From Octopus bimaculoides (Eukaryota), in the NCBI RefSeq assembly GCF_001194135.2, contig NC_068999.1:38413352-38477120 (forward strand): 63,769 nt of DNA, given 5' to 3'. This document shows positions 41,935 to 54,819 of the stretch, piece by piece (within the stretch, counting starts at the first letter, position 1; each line of letters starts with the position of its first letter). The translations under genes were made by a program, and so were the position numbers. The notes beneath the pieces were generated by a model, which saw only the letters and a program-made list of their open reading frames with translations, ran no database searches and was not told where the DNA came from.

Positions 41935-42115
41935 TGTGTGTTTGTTTTTTTCACCACCACTTGATGACTGGCGTTGGTTTGTTTCCATCCCCGTAATTTA
42001 GCAAAAGAGATTGATAAAACAAGTCCTGGAGTCGATCTTTGCCACTAAACACTTCAAAATAGTGCCCCAGCATGGCCGCAGTCAATTGACTGAAACAAGT
42101 TAAAAGACAACAGCT
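41935..42115 (+). mobile_element. SINE family B 3' half, following (TG)n
   Basis: ccaccacttga...ccccgtaatttagc...aagtcctggagtcgat...gccccagcatggccgcagtcaattgactgaaacaag. Confidence 0.75.
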
Positions 42116-42508
42116 GAACGATATCTCCAAACATGTTGACATTGTAGTCAAGTGAAATTCTTTCCCCTTTCTCTCTCTCCCTCTCTTTATCTCTCTCCAT
42201 CACACACACACACTTTTATCTTCCCTCTCTCTCTCCCCTCTCCTCAACCTCCCCCCACTCTATCTTTTTCCTCTTTCTCTCTGTTCTCACTCTCCCTCCT
42301 GTGTTTCCTGTTATTTATTCTTTGTTTTAGCTTAATTATTCACATTTCAATTTATTCACATAATAATATTTCATTTAGCAAGATTTCATTCCTTCTTCAA
42401 TTATTTTCTTTCCTTTTTATTTTCTTTTTAGGTATGTGTTTTGTTTCTCCATTTCAATGATGTTTCATTGAAAGTTTTTAATTTGCATTTTCAGAAATTA
42501 ACTTTATT

Positions 42509-42640
42509 TATGAGGATGGGCTGAAAAGTTCATAAGCTGACTCAGATATTCTCGTAGAATCTAACCAAATGGGGTTTATTCTCCAACGCATTCCTCCTTG
42601 CAATCCACACACTTCTTCCATCATTATTGCAGTTCTTAGG
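42509..42640 (+). mobile_element. 5' terminal fragment of a mariner-like element
   Basis: TA followed by tgaggatgggctgaaaagttcata, resembling mariner termini (TA-CGAGG...GAAAAGT). Truncated by a SINE at about 42645. Confidence 0.5.
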
Positions 42641-42644
42641 GCAG

Positions 42645-42740
42645 TGAGTTGGCAGAAACGTTAGCATGCCAGGCAAAAATGCTTAGCGGTATTTCGTCTG
42701 TCTTTACATTCTGAGTTCAAATTCCACCGAGGTCGAATCT
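42645..42740 (+). mobile_element. SINE family A, 5' half
   Basis: gagttggcagaaacgttagcatgccagg...ctgagttcaaattccaccgaggtcga. Confidence 0.8.
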
Positions 42741-43263
42741 GCCCCAGAACGTAGTTTCAATTCTGGTTTTGATGCAGTTGGTCACCTTTTGCCAAATCAC
42801 TAATTCATAAGAATGTAAACAAACCAACACAGATAAACACATACATGCAAGCATACAAACACTTATAAACACACACACCATTCGGTTTTTATATCAAGTT
42901 CTATATAAAAGCAATTTAATATTCTCCAGAAGAATAACCCAAATAATTTCATGTAGAGAACATTAATTTTGACAATGAAATGGCAGATAATGGTCTCAGT
43001 TAGCATTTTTCCCTTACATGTATAAATCAAACAGATAAGAGAAGTAACGTGAGAGAATAGATGTTTATTTCCTTTGTTTAAGGCTGATCAGTTTCTATAC
43101 TTGACCCTCAACCATTGTAATTCCTGGATTTTCAGAATGATGATGATAAGGTTTCATCCTAACCTTAGCATCTTGTTAGCCAGACTCCAGCCAGAGAGCT
43201 TAATGTGAGCTCTGTTATATTCTTTGAATCTCTGATCTTGTTTACATATACATGTGTGTGTGT

Positions 43264-43292
43264 AAATATATATATATAAATATATATATATA

Positions 43293-43385
<93 letters not shown>
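43264..43385. repeat. (TA)n microsatellite about 130 bp upstream of the 129-bp CCDC39 exon. Other long (TA)n tracts at 1-28, 10123-10166, 11858-11914, 59944-60003
   Basis: Seen directly. Confidence 0.98.
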
Positions 43386-43387
<2 letters not shown>

Positions 43388-43513
43388 ATACACTATTGTT
43401 TACATTTTTAAAAGATGTGTTTAGATACAGTTCTTGCACATACAAATGAAATAGAAATGTGTTATAGTATCATGTTTTATCATTGTTTCTCATATTGTCA
43501 TATATTTGTACAG

Positions 43514-43642
43514 ATTGCTTTGGATAAAACTGCCGAGGAATTTCGGCGAAGCCATTTAGAAAGGCATGAGTTGATAGAAAGATGGGAAAGAACTCTGAAT
43601 TTGATGAAGAAAAGAGATGATGATATGGAGTCTTTGAATAAT
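43514..43642 (+). CDS. CCDC39: CCDC39 internal coding exon (equivalent to human exon 6), phase 0-0
   Basis: Acceptor tttgtacag and donor gtaagt. Translates to IALDKTAEEFRRSHLERHELIERWERTLNLMKKRDDDMESLNN (43 aa), which aligns without gaps to human CCDC39 as recalled ([43 protein letters not shown]). Confidence 0.93.
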
Positions 43643-45264
43643 GTAAGTTGCTAATCAATCAATTTGTTAATCAATTAAGTACTAATTAATCAATCCATTG
43701 AGTATCCTCAGTTAAGTGACCTGGTTTCTTGCTACCACTGACACAGCTTGGAGTGCCACTTTTCTTTGCTTTTTTCTGTTTCTTATTTTGTTTTTCAGTT
43801 TCCCTAATTTTTCAAATTTCACATCTTTTTATCTGAGTAATGAAAATCTGTTTTTTGTGGAATGGCATAAGCATCACAAAAGTTAGGAGTTAATGAGGTA
43901 AACTAATGAATGAATGCATTAACTAATTACTGTATGAAAGTTTGTTAATTATAAGATTATGTGTCTCGGCAATGATATTTGTGATTGTGACCGAATTTTG
44001 AGTGGCAGTTCCTCAATTTCTTAAATGATTTCAAAGAGAACCCATTGTTCATGACCGTTTCCAAAGTCTTCAAGACTAGTGAGAGAATATTGAGAGCCAC
44101 TCATCACTCTCAAATGAGTATGGCTTGACAGCATGTACCATGCTTTAGCTAATTGTTTTATATGCCAGTGGTAATTGTGAATGGACATCAACACTCTCTC
44201 AGCTGTCCCATTCTCTGCCCCTGTGACACATCTATGATGCAACAGCTGGAAGGAAGCGCCATCAGCAACCAATTGAATAGACTAGAAAATAGGGAAATGA
44301 AGAAATGAACAGATTTAGGCCAAACATAATACAATACGAAATCTTTACTGACTGAATGATTTCATCACTTCCTTGGCAATTTTAGGGTAAGTTTTGCTTG
44401 GCTGATATGGTTATAATAAATGCTTCTAAAATAACACAAACACACACACATGTGTGCATGCTCTCTCACACACACACACACAAACACATGCATGCGTGCA
44501 CTCACACACTGCATCACTTGCTTCAGTATTTTTCATTTCCTGAAGAAAGCCTTCCTCTCCCAAATCTTGTTGGTTTTGAATTCCCATCAATACTTCTGTG
44601 ACTTTGCTTTTTTTTTTTCTTTCTAAGTATGGTTCTTGACCCTACACAAACCCATTTTTACATCTGGGAAGCAGTGGGCCATATTAGTCTAACCTCTGAC
44701 CTGTCTAGCAGCATGGGTGCTCCTACAAGGAGCTTGCACTCCCCTAACATATCTCTCAACTTCATCAAGGCACACTAGGCACCAAGCAGCAGCAGCAAGG
44801 ATTGAACCTTGTGTTGTGAAAATTCTCAAGATAGTGTTGAGCGTCTGAGTCTTGTAGCGGCTGCTGTGCTTTGATTATGTAAAAGCTACTTTGATAATCA
44901 TCTAATCTTTCTAATATATTTTGCTGGTGAAATATTTCATTTATCATTGAAAATTTCCTTATTCACAGACACCAGAATATTATTTGCAAAAATTGATATT
45001 CAAACAAAGCTTCACTATAGTCTATTTTATATTGCTATTTTCATAAATTTCTGAAATGATATATTTAGATAAAAATAGGCCGTCCTTCTCATCTCTTTTT
45101 TCATTTGTCTCTCTCTCTCAATATATACAAACACACACTACATACATGCATACATACATATGTATATATGTATATATATATATGTATATTTATATATGCA
45201 TGTATATATATGTATGTATGTATATATGTGTATATATATGTGTGTATATATTTATATACATATG

Positions 45265-45306
<42 letters not shown>

Positions 45307-45458
45307 CATANNNNNNNNNNNNNNNNNNNNNNNNNNNNNNNNNNNNNNNNNNNNNNNNNNNNNNNNNNNNNNNNNNNNNNNNNNNNNNNNNNNNNNNNNN
45401 NNNNNNNNNNNNNNNNNNNNNNNNNNNNNNNNNNNNNNNNNNNNNNNNNNNNNNNNNN

Positions 45459-45510
<52 letters not shown>

Positions 45511-46214
45511 TACACAACATATATTTGTGTGTGTGTGTGTGTGTATGCTTGTGTATCATTTGCTCTTTAGCTTGTTTCCTATTTGCATGTTAACATTATT
45601 AGATGTTACTGTTGCAGAATGGAGACATTTTTAAATTGTAAAGAAGATAAAAAGGAAAATCACAATTTTTACGACAAAGAAGGTGAAGAATAAAATTACA
45701 AATTCATACAAAAAATGCATTCTTGTGATGTGCAGGAAATATTTTATTAATAATTTCTTTTTAATGCAATTTTACATTATTAATTAAATTTTAAAATAAA
45801 ATAGTATACAAATATGCCTGTTATATTTGTGTATACACACACACACAGATACACACTCATACACATGCATATATATTTATACATATATGTTTGTGCATGT
45901 ATAATTGAGTCTCCATGTCTAGATGATTGTAAATGAATGCCACCCATTTTCCATCTTCTCTTTGGCCATGGTTACCTTGCTTGGTTATAGGTAAAGGTTG
46001 ACAACAGGCAGCTGTGGAAAAGATGCCTTGAGTAAATGGTTCATGGAAGCATGGAAATGTGGATGATGAGCAAGGTTCTTGTGATGAGTTGACAAAACTC
46101 TAAATTGCATGGGGTGAGCCAAATGAGCCTGTTTTTGAATAATGACGATTAGTGATCCTTTCTCATTTATCCACTCACATGTGTGTATGTGTATGCATGC
46201 TTGTATGTGTGCAT

Positions 46215-46686
46215 GTGTATGTGCTATCTCACTATTTACATATGGTGTATATACACATGCATACATAATATGTGAATGCTTTCCCAAATAAACTTGCACT
46301 TTATTTTAAGTGTCTGACAGAGCTGTAAGGTGAAACACAAACACTCACCTCTGAGTGCATTGCATCTCACAGCAGAAACAGCCATAAGCTAATGAATTTC
46401 ATAACATAATTTCCTCTTTATTTTTGACATTTATTTAATATTGTGTGTGTGTGTATGTGCTATCTCACTATTTACATATGGTGTATATACACATGCATAC
46501 ATAATATGGAAATGCTTTCCCAAATAAACTTGCACTTTATTTTAAGTGTCTGACTGAGCTGTAAGGTGAAACACAAACACTCACCTCTGAGTGCATTGCA
46601 TCTCACAGCAGAAACAGCCATAAGCTAATGAATTTTATAAAATAATTTCCTCTTTATTTTTGACATTTATTTAATATTGTGTGTGT
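46215..46686. repeat. Tandem duplication, 2 x 236 bp, about 98% identical
   Basis: Unit starts gtgtatgtgctatctcac at 46215 and 46451. About 5 substitutions (e.g. tgacagag/tgactgag, ttcataac/tttataaa). Confidence 0.95.
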
Positions 46687-48909
46687 GTGTGTGTGTGTGT
46701 AATCAAATCTAGACAATTTGTTGACAAAGGCGTTTAGATTTAGGATGGCAAAAATAGATTATATTTAGAAAAGTTAGTGTCTCACATGGTTTTAGCACCT
46801 TTGGTTTTTGTTAATTATTTTATTTTCAAAATGAGAATGATGGCATGCAACAAACATAAAATGAAAAAATGAAAAGAAAAGATAAGCTGCTGCTAGAACA
46901 AAGTATAACAGAAATTTCAAAACCTTGAGGTTTTTAGAAAGCAATATTTAGAATGTGAAGAAAAATAATTGTTGACATGACGATTGTAATAATGCACAAT
47001 AGGTATAATTAACATTACGTTTACTAACAAAAAAGTATTTGAATTTTAATTTTTAGTCTTTAATCATTTATATTGTATCTTGTGAATTGACTCACCATAA
47101 GTTATGTTACAGACAATGAGTTCAGATACACAATTGCTGAAACTGAGAAAACATTTTTCTTTTTAATTCTAAACAACATATTTTCTGTTAATACTGGGTC
47201 TCTTTGAATCGATGTTTAATTTACCTTCTGAAAATCAAATTAATATACATAACTGAATACATTCCCCCACACATGTCATCGAATAATGTGACTTCAATTG
47301 CATAATATATAAAACCAGTTATAAGAACTCTGTGCTCATCCTTGCATATCAAAACAGAAATCTTCCCGCTTGTCCCATCTACAGGAAGGGCTCTATACAG
47401 TAAGTGCTTACAGTTAAAGGGCCCACAGTTTTCGTTTCATACAATTTTCAACTCGGAAAATTTCTGTTGTATTCCATTGATTCCATATTTCTTTTTCTTC
47501 TACCACATTTCCCTCACAAATTTTGACAAATTAAAACTATACTGAGAGACAAATGACCTAAACAGCTGTGCGTGAAATTTGAACCGGGAACCATGTAATT
47601 TCGAAACCAATTTCTTAACTACATAGTCACGTCTGTGTCCATAAGCAACAAATTCATAATATTTCTTTATTTACTTCTATTATTTCTGTAATGGTTTTGT
47701 TCATTGTAGTGGGTAAAAATTCTAAATATATGTTCGGAAGGCCATCAAACAGTTTGATTTCATATTGAAAATAATTTCATTAATGAAACTTGAAGTTTAA
47801 TTTTGAAATATATAACTCATCTAAAAATTAATTAAGAAACAATACATCATTTTAATAAATATCAACCAACCCACACACCTTTACCTCACACACACTTAAC
47901 AACAAGCAAATGAATTTATAAAAATAAAACAACAAATAATGACAAATAACCTAAAAGCAATATTTAAAAAAAAAACAAAAGAGAAAAAATGAAATTGAAA
48001 TGAAAGAAAACCGCGAGAATATTAGTTCTTATTATTGCAAGATTTGCAAAAACTTGTTAAATAAATTGCAATGTCTTAATATGAAGTTGAGGTTTTGTAA
48101 CAATTTGATGAAAATGAGTTAATTCAGAGCAGATGTTGTTAGGATGGAGTGGGAGTTACTCTCTCCACTTGAAGAGTATCTCAAAAGATGAGTGTTTGTG
48201 GCTGAAGGGTTTGGGGGAAAGGGAGCTGCTCTTTGCATTTGCCTGTTGTTTGGAGGGCAGCAGTTAGATGAGGGATTGTGTCCTTGCTCATCAGGGTGTT
48301 CTTGGATTTGTGAGGTTTTTTGATAGCCTTCTACTTGGAGGCCCTCTTTTATAAGAAGACTGTTTCATCCATACTTTCGCATAGTCGTGTACACTATGTA
48401 TATTTTTTTTATCCCATCTCTCCCTCATTCCTATTCTTTTCTCCATGTTTTACGTACACCCTACCTCACTCACTCATTGTATTCCAAATAATGTCCTCTC
48501 CTACTTCATATCACTGCATATGGTGTGATTCCAAGTTAATTTGATCTATTTCTAGCAGGTCATACGACCATGTAGAGGAGGCTAATTCATTTGTTGTCAT
48601 TGTTTGGCCTTTGGTCACTACTGATCCTGTATACCCATGATGAAAGACACTCCCACTTGTGTCTAATGTTATGCAGGACAACATCATGTAGTTTCATGTG
48701 GCTAGACCATAATGCAAATGAAATTGAACAGTTATTTTTAGCAGGTTATGGAGCCAAAAGAAAGTTTCATCACTGTCTCCTTTATACTGTTTTTGACTGA
48801 TTGTATGAACAAAGATGTTACAGACATGACCAACTTATATATATCTAGGAATATATTGCTCAAAGAATAAATCTTTTATATATACATGTGTGTGTGTGTG
48901 TGTGTGTGC

Positions 48910-49040
48910 ATAGCTGCAGCAGTGGGTGTGTGGTAAGAAGCTTGCTTCCCAGCCACATGGTTCTGGGTTCAGTTCCTCTGTGTGGCACTATGAGCAAAAT
49001 GTCTCCTACTATAGCCCTGGGCTGACTAAAGCTTTGTGAG
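48910..49040 (+). mobile_element. SINE family B head
   Basis: gtgtgtggtaagaagcttgcttcccagccacatggttctgggttcagttcc. Confidence 0.85.
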
Positions 49041-49749
49041 CGCAGGAATGGCTTTGCTTTAATTTGAAATGAGATCATAAAAAGCAAACATAAACCACTG
49101 CAGAGCTGAAAGTCTCCAGGCAAGCAATCTTTCAGTAAGACAAATTTTGGCAAGATTAAAATTGAGATGTAAAGTTTATATCGTAAATGTTTGATGCAAG
49201 AGTAGGGAATAGTTAAGTAGTGTAATAAGTTTAATTTGAATTCATAATTTCAATTAATTGACAACTAATAGTGGCTTGATCTAATTAATCTGTTAGATTT
49301 ATAATGCAACTCAATTACAATGTCATGATTCCCGTAGAAATATCGTTAAAATTTGTTATTGTTGCATATTACCCACATCAGAACTTTTTAATTTGCATCA
49401 AAACTCAAACGTTGTTGACATCAACACAGTGCTGGCCTACTGGTTGAATTAAACTGAATTGGTAGAGCTTTAGAACAAATGTCTAGTGATATTTCGAAAG
49501 TTCTGGGTATCTCTTTGTTATTATTCGAACATGTAATTCTTTCATTGGTAGCTTTGGTGGCAAAATATAGCTTGCAGAGCTGTGGCACCACCCCCTATTT
49601 CCTAACAAAATCCCCCACCATCTCCACTTTTCCTGCTTTACAAATGCTCCTCCCCCACCTCATAATATTTTGCTATAAACAAAGTAAATTATTCAAATCA
49701 AACTGAAGATAATTTTGTGCAATAATTTCTTTTGGTGTATTGATAAGTA

Positions 49750-49930
49750 CAGGAATGGTTAAGAACTTTACTTCTCAACCATGTGGTTTTCAGTTAAGTC
49801 CCACTGCATGGCATCTTAGGTAAGTATTTTCGACTATAGCTCTGAGCTGACCAAAGCACTTTGAGTGGATTTGGTAGACAGAAACAGAAACAAATCTATC
49901 GCATGTAAGCAAGTGTGTGTGTGTGTGTGT
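49750..49930 (+). mobile_element. SINE family B head and body
   Basis: ggttaagaact...gtcccactgcatggcatcttagg...gagtggatttggtagacagaaac. Confidence 0.75.
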
Positions 49931-52029
49931 TTGTGCATTCCTTGTCTTTACTGCTGTTTGCTGCTTGAAACATTTGCCTCATTGACAATGACATTTCTTT
50001 TCAGTCTACCATGGAAACATGTCCAGGCTTATTGTCATGTCATGATATTTCCATAAACAAAAGGCTCATTTATATGATGTCATTTGTTTCCAGTTCTCTG
50101 CATAAACATGTCTGGTCAGTTTGTGGCTTGATAGACAGGGTAATTATTTCTTCACTCAGAAACAGGAAGGGGTTGGCATCGAGAAGGGCATCAGACCATA
50201 AAAGACTCTGCCCCTATGTACTCCCTTTCAACCTGTACAAGCACGATGCTGGTTTGGCTTATTTTCCTTTGATATCCCATCCAATAATGCTTTGCTTCAT
50301 TGAAATACACACCCATGTCTGCAGAGAATTTATGTTTATATCTTAACCGCCCCTCCCCCATCATTGGGTAAATTTTGCGCCAATTCCTTCTTTTATTGTC
50401 TTAAAAAAAGATGTAATTAAAGGATGTAGTCTGTATACATCAAGAACTACATTGGATAAGGCAATCCTGGATAAATATGTCTGACAAAATAGCATGATAA
50501 TAGCTGAACTGCGTTTGACCAAGTGCAGGCTCATATAGGGCTGACCTAGGGCTAAACATAACAACAACAGCAACAATTGGTGTTAATTTCCTTTTTCATG
50601 GTTGAGCGGATGAACAGAATCTAATTGAATCCAACATAATTGTGTGACAGTTACAGTAAATGAATGAAATGTTTCTCTCTATTCATCCGTGTCACTTCAT
50701 CAGATTTGTTCCAGAGTCACCACTTTTTGAATCTCATTTATACCAACAAAAAAAACAAAACAAAAAAACAAAACACCATTTCTTTTTTGTTTTGTTTATT
50801 CTTTAGACATTTGCTGCCAAATTTATCAACAAAATGACGTTCAATTCTCATTGGTCCAAGAGCGATGATGTTTGTTGTTGTTGTGGTGTCGGCTACTCAC
50901 TAAACCATGTATTGTAATGTGTGTGTATTTGCCGTATGTTTCCGCATATAAAATCTGTACATCATGTGATTATAAGTGATGTGTGACTGTAAATAAAGTG
51001 ACTGTTCTGTCTGTTAATCACAAGCGTTTGGAAAGAAACATTTGAAGTGTTGGTGGCAGTGTGTGTCGGTGTGTGCTTGGATTGGGAGTGGCAGGACGTA
51101 ATATTCCTTGTGGTCTTTAGGATGGTGGTGGTGGTGGTGGTGGTGGTGTACAGGGTGGTAACAATAATGATGAAGAGGAGGAGGAGAATAATGACAACGG
51201 GGGTGATGATGATGATGATGATGGTAGTAGTAGTTTCAACAGTTACAATGATAATGGTATGATGGTCATAATGATGATGGCAAAATAATTACATTGACAG
51301 TTTGCTCTTGGAACAAGGATTTGATCTTCACTGACAATATATGTTTGGTGAATGACTTACCAGCCGTGTGTGTGACTGGGAGCATGCACTTTTGCTACGT
51401 TTTTTGGTTTGGCTGTCATTAATTGGCACCAGGTGTCGATTTGCCTATGTCTTTCTTAACAGTTTCCCAATAAAGAAAGCTCCGAGAATATTTACTAGTG
51501 ACTGAAAGGAAAAAACAAAATTAACAGAATAGTCCCTGCTGCGTATATATACTTAATCTTATACACACACACACACGTATTTTTGTCATATAATATACAC
51601 TAAGTGTACATTTACTGTAGAAAACAAATGATGGCATTTAAAGAAAAATAAGCTGCAATTGGTGGTTAATAAATGCCTCCAAATCAACATGAGATTTTTT
51701 TCCATATATTTGATACAGACTTGTTGAATAGAATGAAATTTTTTTATCAAGATTTCTATCAGATGAAACAATGTTAGTTTACATTCCGTCAATGTTATTG
51801 TGCTGTATTTGTAACACTTGAACCGCTGGATGAGAAACAAAGGCAGTACTGAATAATTATGATTTGAATTAAATACAGCAATATGTTGTGTTTAATGCTC
51901 TACTGATTCTGTGGTCTCTTCCTCTGAAATTGTAAAGGCGATGATTTCTAATTATAATGCTTATAGTGTAAGAATTTAGAAACTGAGAGATATGAGCTAA
52001 ACCATTTTGAAGAGTGAAGTTCCAAGCAG

Positions 52030-52290
52030 ATAATGCTGTAAGCAAGATTTATCTTTCATTTGTTTCAGGCATTTGACAGTGGCCATGCTGGGGCATCGCC
52101 TTGAAGAGCTTAGTCAAACAAATTCTCCCCAGTGTTCATTTTTTTTAAGCCCAGCACTTTATCAATCACTTTTGCAAAACTGCTAAGTTATTGAGACGTG
52201 AAGAAACCAATACCAATTGTCAAGTGGTAGTTGTGAACAAACACAAAAATATGCACAGGAACACGCACACACACACGCACGCACACACAC
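52030..52290 (-). mobile_element. SINE family B 3' half
   Basis: tttgtttcaggcatttgacagtggccatgctggggcatcgcc...aactgctaagtta. Confidence 0.7.
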
Positions 52291-52339
52291 ACACACACAA
52301 CAAACTTCTTTTGCTTTAATGTGAAGGAACAACATGTGA

Positions 52340-52460
52340 TTTGCACTAATAAGTCCTTGGAACGAATAAAATCAAGATTGACCCTTGCAGGATTTGAACT
52401 CAAAATAGAAAGCAACTTGATGAAATACCATTTAGATATTTCTATCAACCAAGACCCTTC
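52340..52460 (-). mobile_element. SINE family A, degenerate
   Basis: gattgacccttgcaggatttgaactcaaaa. Confidence 0.55.
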
Positions 52461-53773
52461 AATGAAATTTTGGTACTTTTCAGAAATTTTCATATACAAA
52501 CTGACACATAAATCATGAACAATAATTCACTGTTGGTTTGCAACAGCAAATTATACCATCAAGTTATACTAATATTCAGTTAGTTTTGCTTATAGATGTT
52601 ACAAATGACTAAACTCTTGGCTAATTGTCCAATATCCTCAGCATTAAGTTTAGCAAACACAATGAGAAGCAGCAGAAATGTGTAATAAATAGATTAGAAT
52701 TGATGGAGAGAGAGAGAGATAGAGAGAGAGCCGAGTTGGCCAGTTATGAATAAGCACTGTTCCTTAAAACAGTGGTGTTAACAGTAGGAGTGTGGTGCAT
52801 CACATAATAATCCAGTCAGCTGGTTTTAGAACTATGAAGGAAAGGGCTGCTGGTTCGTTTTGTATCACAGGAGCATTGGGTTGGGTTCATAACAATTGAA
52901 TTACCAGTTGAAATTGCATTATGTTCAATATATTATTCTATCATAAGCATTTTGCATCATTCCTGATAGTAATATTGTCAAAGACCATTGTTTAATGTTC
53001 ATAACTTTTGAACTTTGAGATAAAATTCTGAAAGCTTTGGTTGAAGTGTCATGACAGCCTGCTTGTCAGTATTTCGTTAGGGGGCCTTGATATTATAAAT
53101 TAAAATTGTCCACAAGTCAACAGAGTTTTAACATGTGCATTTGAACCGGATTCAAATATTTTGTGACTGTTAAATTAAATATTGCAATTGATTAAGATAT
53201 ATGGTGCACATGACAGAATCAACTGCAATGATTCTACCTGAGACATTTAATGCTTTTTTTTAAACTTGAATCAGAAATCATTTTAATACCAACACCATAT
53301 TGTCTAGCATTTGCCTTTTGTCTCCTAAAAACATTTAGTTAACAGTTTTACAACATATTCTACAGGCACTTTTTCTGTAAATAAAACCATATTTTATTAT
53401 CCCTACCCATAAAATAAAGAGGTAAAATGAAAACCAATAAAACATTTTCCTTTGAAGATGGTTGTCACATGTTTTTGATGCTGTTGTCCTACTTTCTTTT
53501 AATTATAGATGCCTCTTCTATGTATTTCAATTGAAAGAAAGTTATTATTTATATATTTATGATTTTTGCTTTTTTTATTTCTGCAAAAGTATAAAACTTA
53601 TTTTCGTTTTTTTTGAAGTATGCAAAAACTGTGGGTGATAATATTCCTTGTTTAGGCAGTTGTCTGCATGATTTTGTTTGCTATTTTTTCATTTTTGTTT
53701 GTTTTTTTTCTTTAAATATCTGTATTTTACTCTCTACATTTCGTTGTTTCTTTTTTTTTTTTTTCCATTGCAG

Positions 53774-53965
53774 CAAATACATTTGCTGAAGCTCCGAATT
53801 TTACAAAAGGAACATGAAATTGCTGAGAAGAAAAGGTTTTATGATAATGAGGTTGAGAATAACAAAGAACTTGATGTGAAAATCCAAATGTCAAATAAAA
53901 CTGCCAGTAAATTTCGACAGGATTATCAAGAGAAAGAAGAGCAAAGGATCCAGTTTGCTAGTGAG
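53774..53965 (+). CDS. CCDC39: CCDC39 internal coding exon (equivalent to human exon 7), phase 0-0
   Basis: Long T-rich polypyrimidine tract, ccattgcag acceptor and gtaagg donor. Translates to QIHLLKLRILQKEHEIAEKKRFYDNEVENNKELDVKIQMSNKTASKFRQDYQEKEEQRIQFASE (64 aa), aligning without gaps to recalled human [64 protein letters not shown]. In frame with the previous exon. Confidence 0.92.
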
Positions 53966-54039
53966 GTAAGGGAATTAGGGGCATTCATCTCTTTCTTATG
54001 TATTTTGGGGATTACAACATTGCACAGAATTGCAGTATT

Positions 54040-54350
54040 TAGATACAACTCTGAAGTCAACTTTGCTGTTCATCCTTTCAGAGTTGAACGAATAAAATAC
54101 TGGTCATGTACAGAAGATGATGTCATCAACTAAGCCCCTCCCTTCAAACCTGCCATCTATTTAAATCAGAAATTATCATTCCAGAATCAGCAGAGCATTG
54201 ATAAAAATATTTTGTGGTCTTTAACTGTGTCCCTTTCATTCTGAGTTCAAATCCCATGGAGATTAACTTATCCTTTCATACTTTTGAAGGCTGATAAAAT
54301 CAATCAAATATTGAAATTGATGGAATTGTGAAAATCACTTTGCCCTTAAA
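54040..54350 (+). mobile_element. Two degenerate SINE family A pieces immediately downstream of the 192-bp CCDC39 exon
   Basis: gaagtcaactttgctgttcatcctttc and ctgagttcaaatccc...cctttcatac. Confidence 0.6.
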
Positions 54351-54819
54351 ACTGCCAGTATTGTAACCACCATCATCATCATTATCGTGACAGAGAAGAG
54401 TGCATAACATCAAAGTGACAGTGGAGTACAAATATACGAAACCCAAATTACCCATCATGACTACCCATCTGATAAGTGACATTGCTTTTGCTGGTTACTG
54501 GATTTACGGATAAGCATGCCAGACCTGTGTGTGTGTATGTGTGTGTTCCTCTGTAAGTGTGTGAGTGAGTGCATGTAGTACGGGTGGTTGGTAAAGTACA
54601 TGTCCAGATACTAACATAAGCATACTAGTATGGATTATGTATGTGCATGTATGCATGTATATGTGTGTGTGTGTGTGCATGTATGGGTGTATATATGTGT
54701 GTGTATGTAGAGAGAGAGAGAGTGAGAGAGCAAGCATATCGGTAGTTTATTAATATTACTACTTATCATATGAAAACACTCATCTTATTTTGCTGGATAT
54801 GATGGAATATTATCATCAT

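Larger units (their letters stand above)
43643..53773 (+). other. CCDC39: GT-AG intron (10,131 bp) between the two CCDC39 exons
   Basis: The two exons join in frame and are colinear with the human protein with no missing residues. Confidence 0.88.

Noticed and set aside
43415-43654. 79-aa ORF starting at an upstream codon
   Set aside because: Intron read-through around the 129-bp exon.
44765-44947. 60-aa minus-strand ORF as a nested gene
   Set aside because: Short, with no recognisable domain or splice support.
50670-50705. Minus-strand CTGATGA...GAAAC as a hammerhead ribozyme core (also 48289 and near the Penelope remnant)
   Set aside because: No pairable stem II or flanking stems.
53678-54133. 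151-aa ORF as a single-exon gene
   Set aside because: Only 53774-53965 is coding. The flanks are the polypyrimidine tract and intronic SINE sequence.
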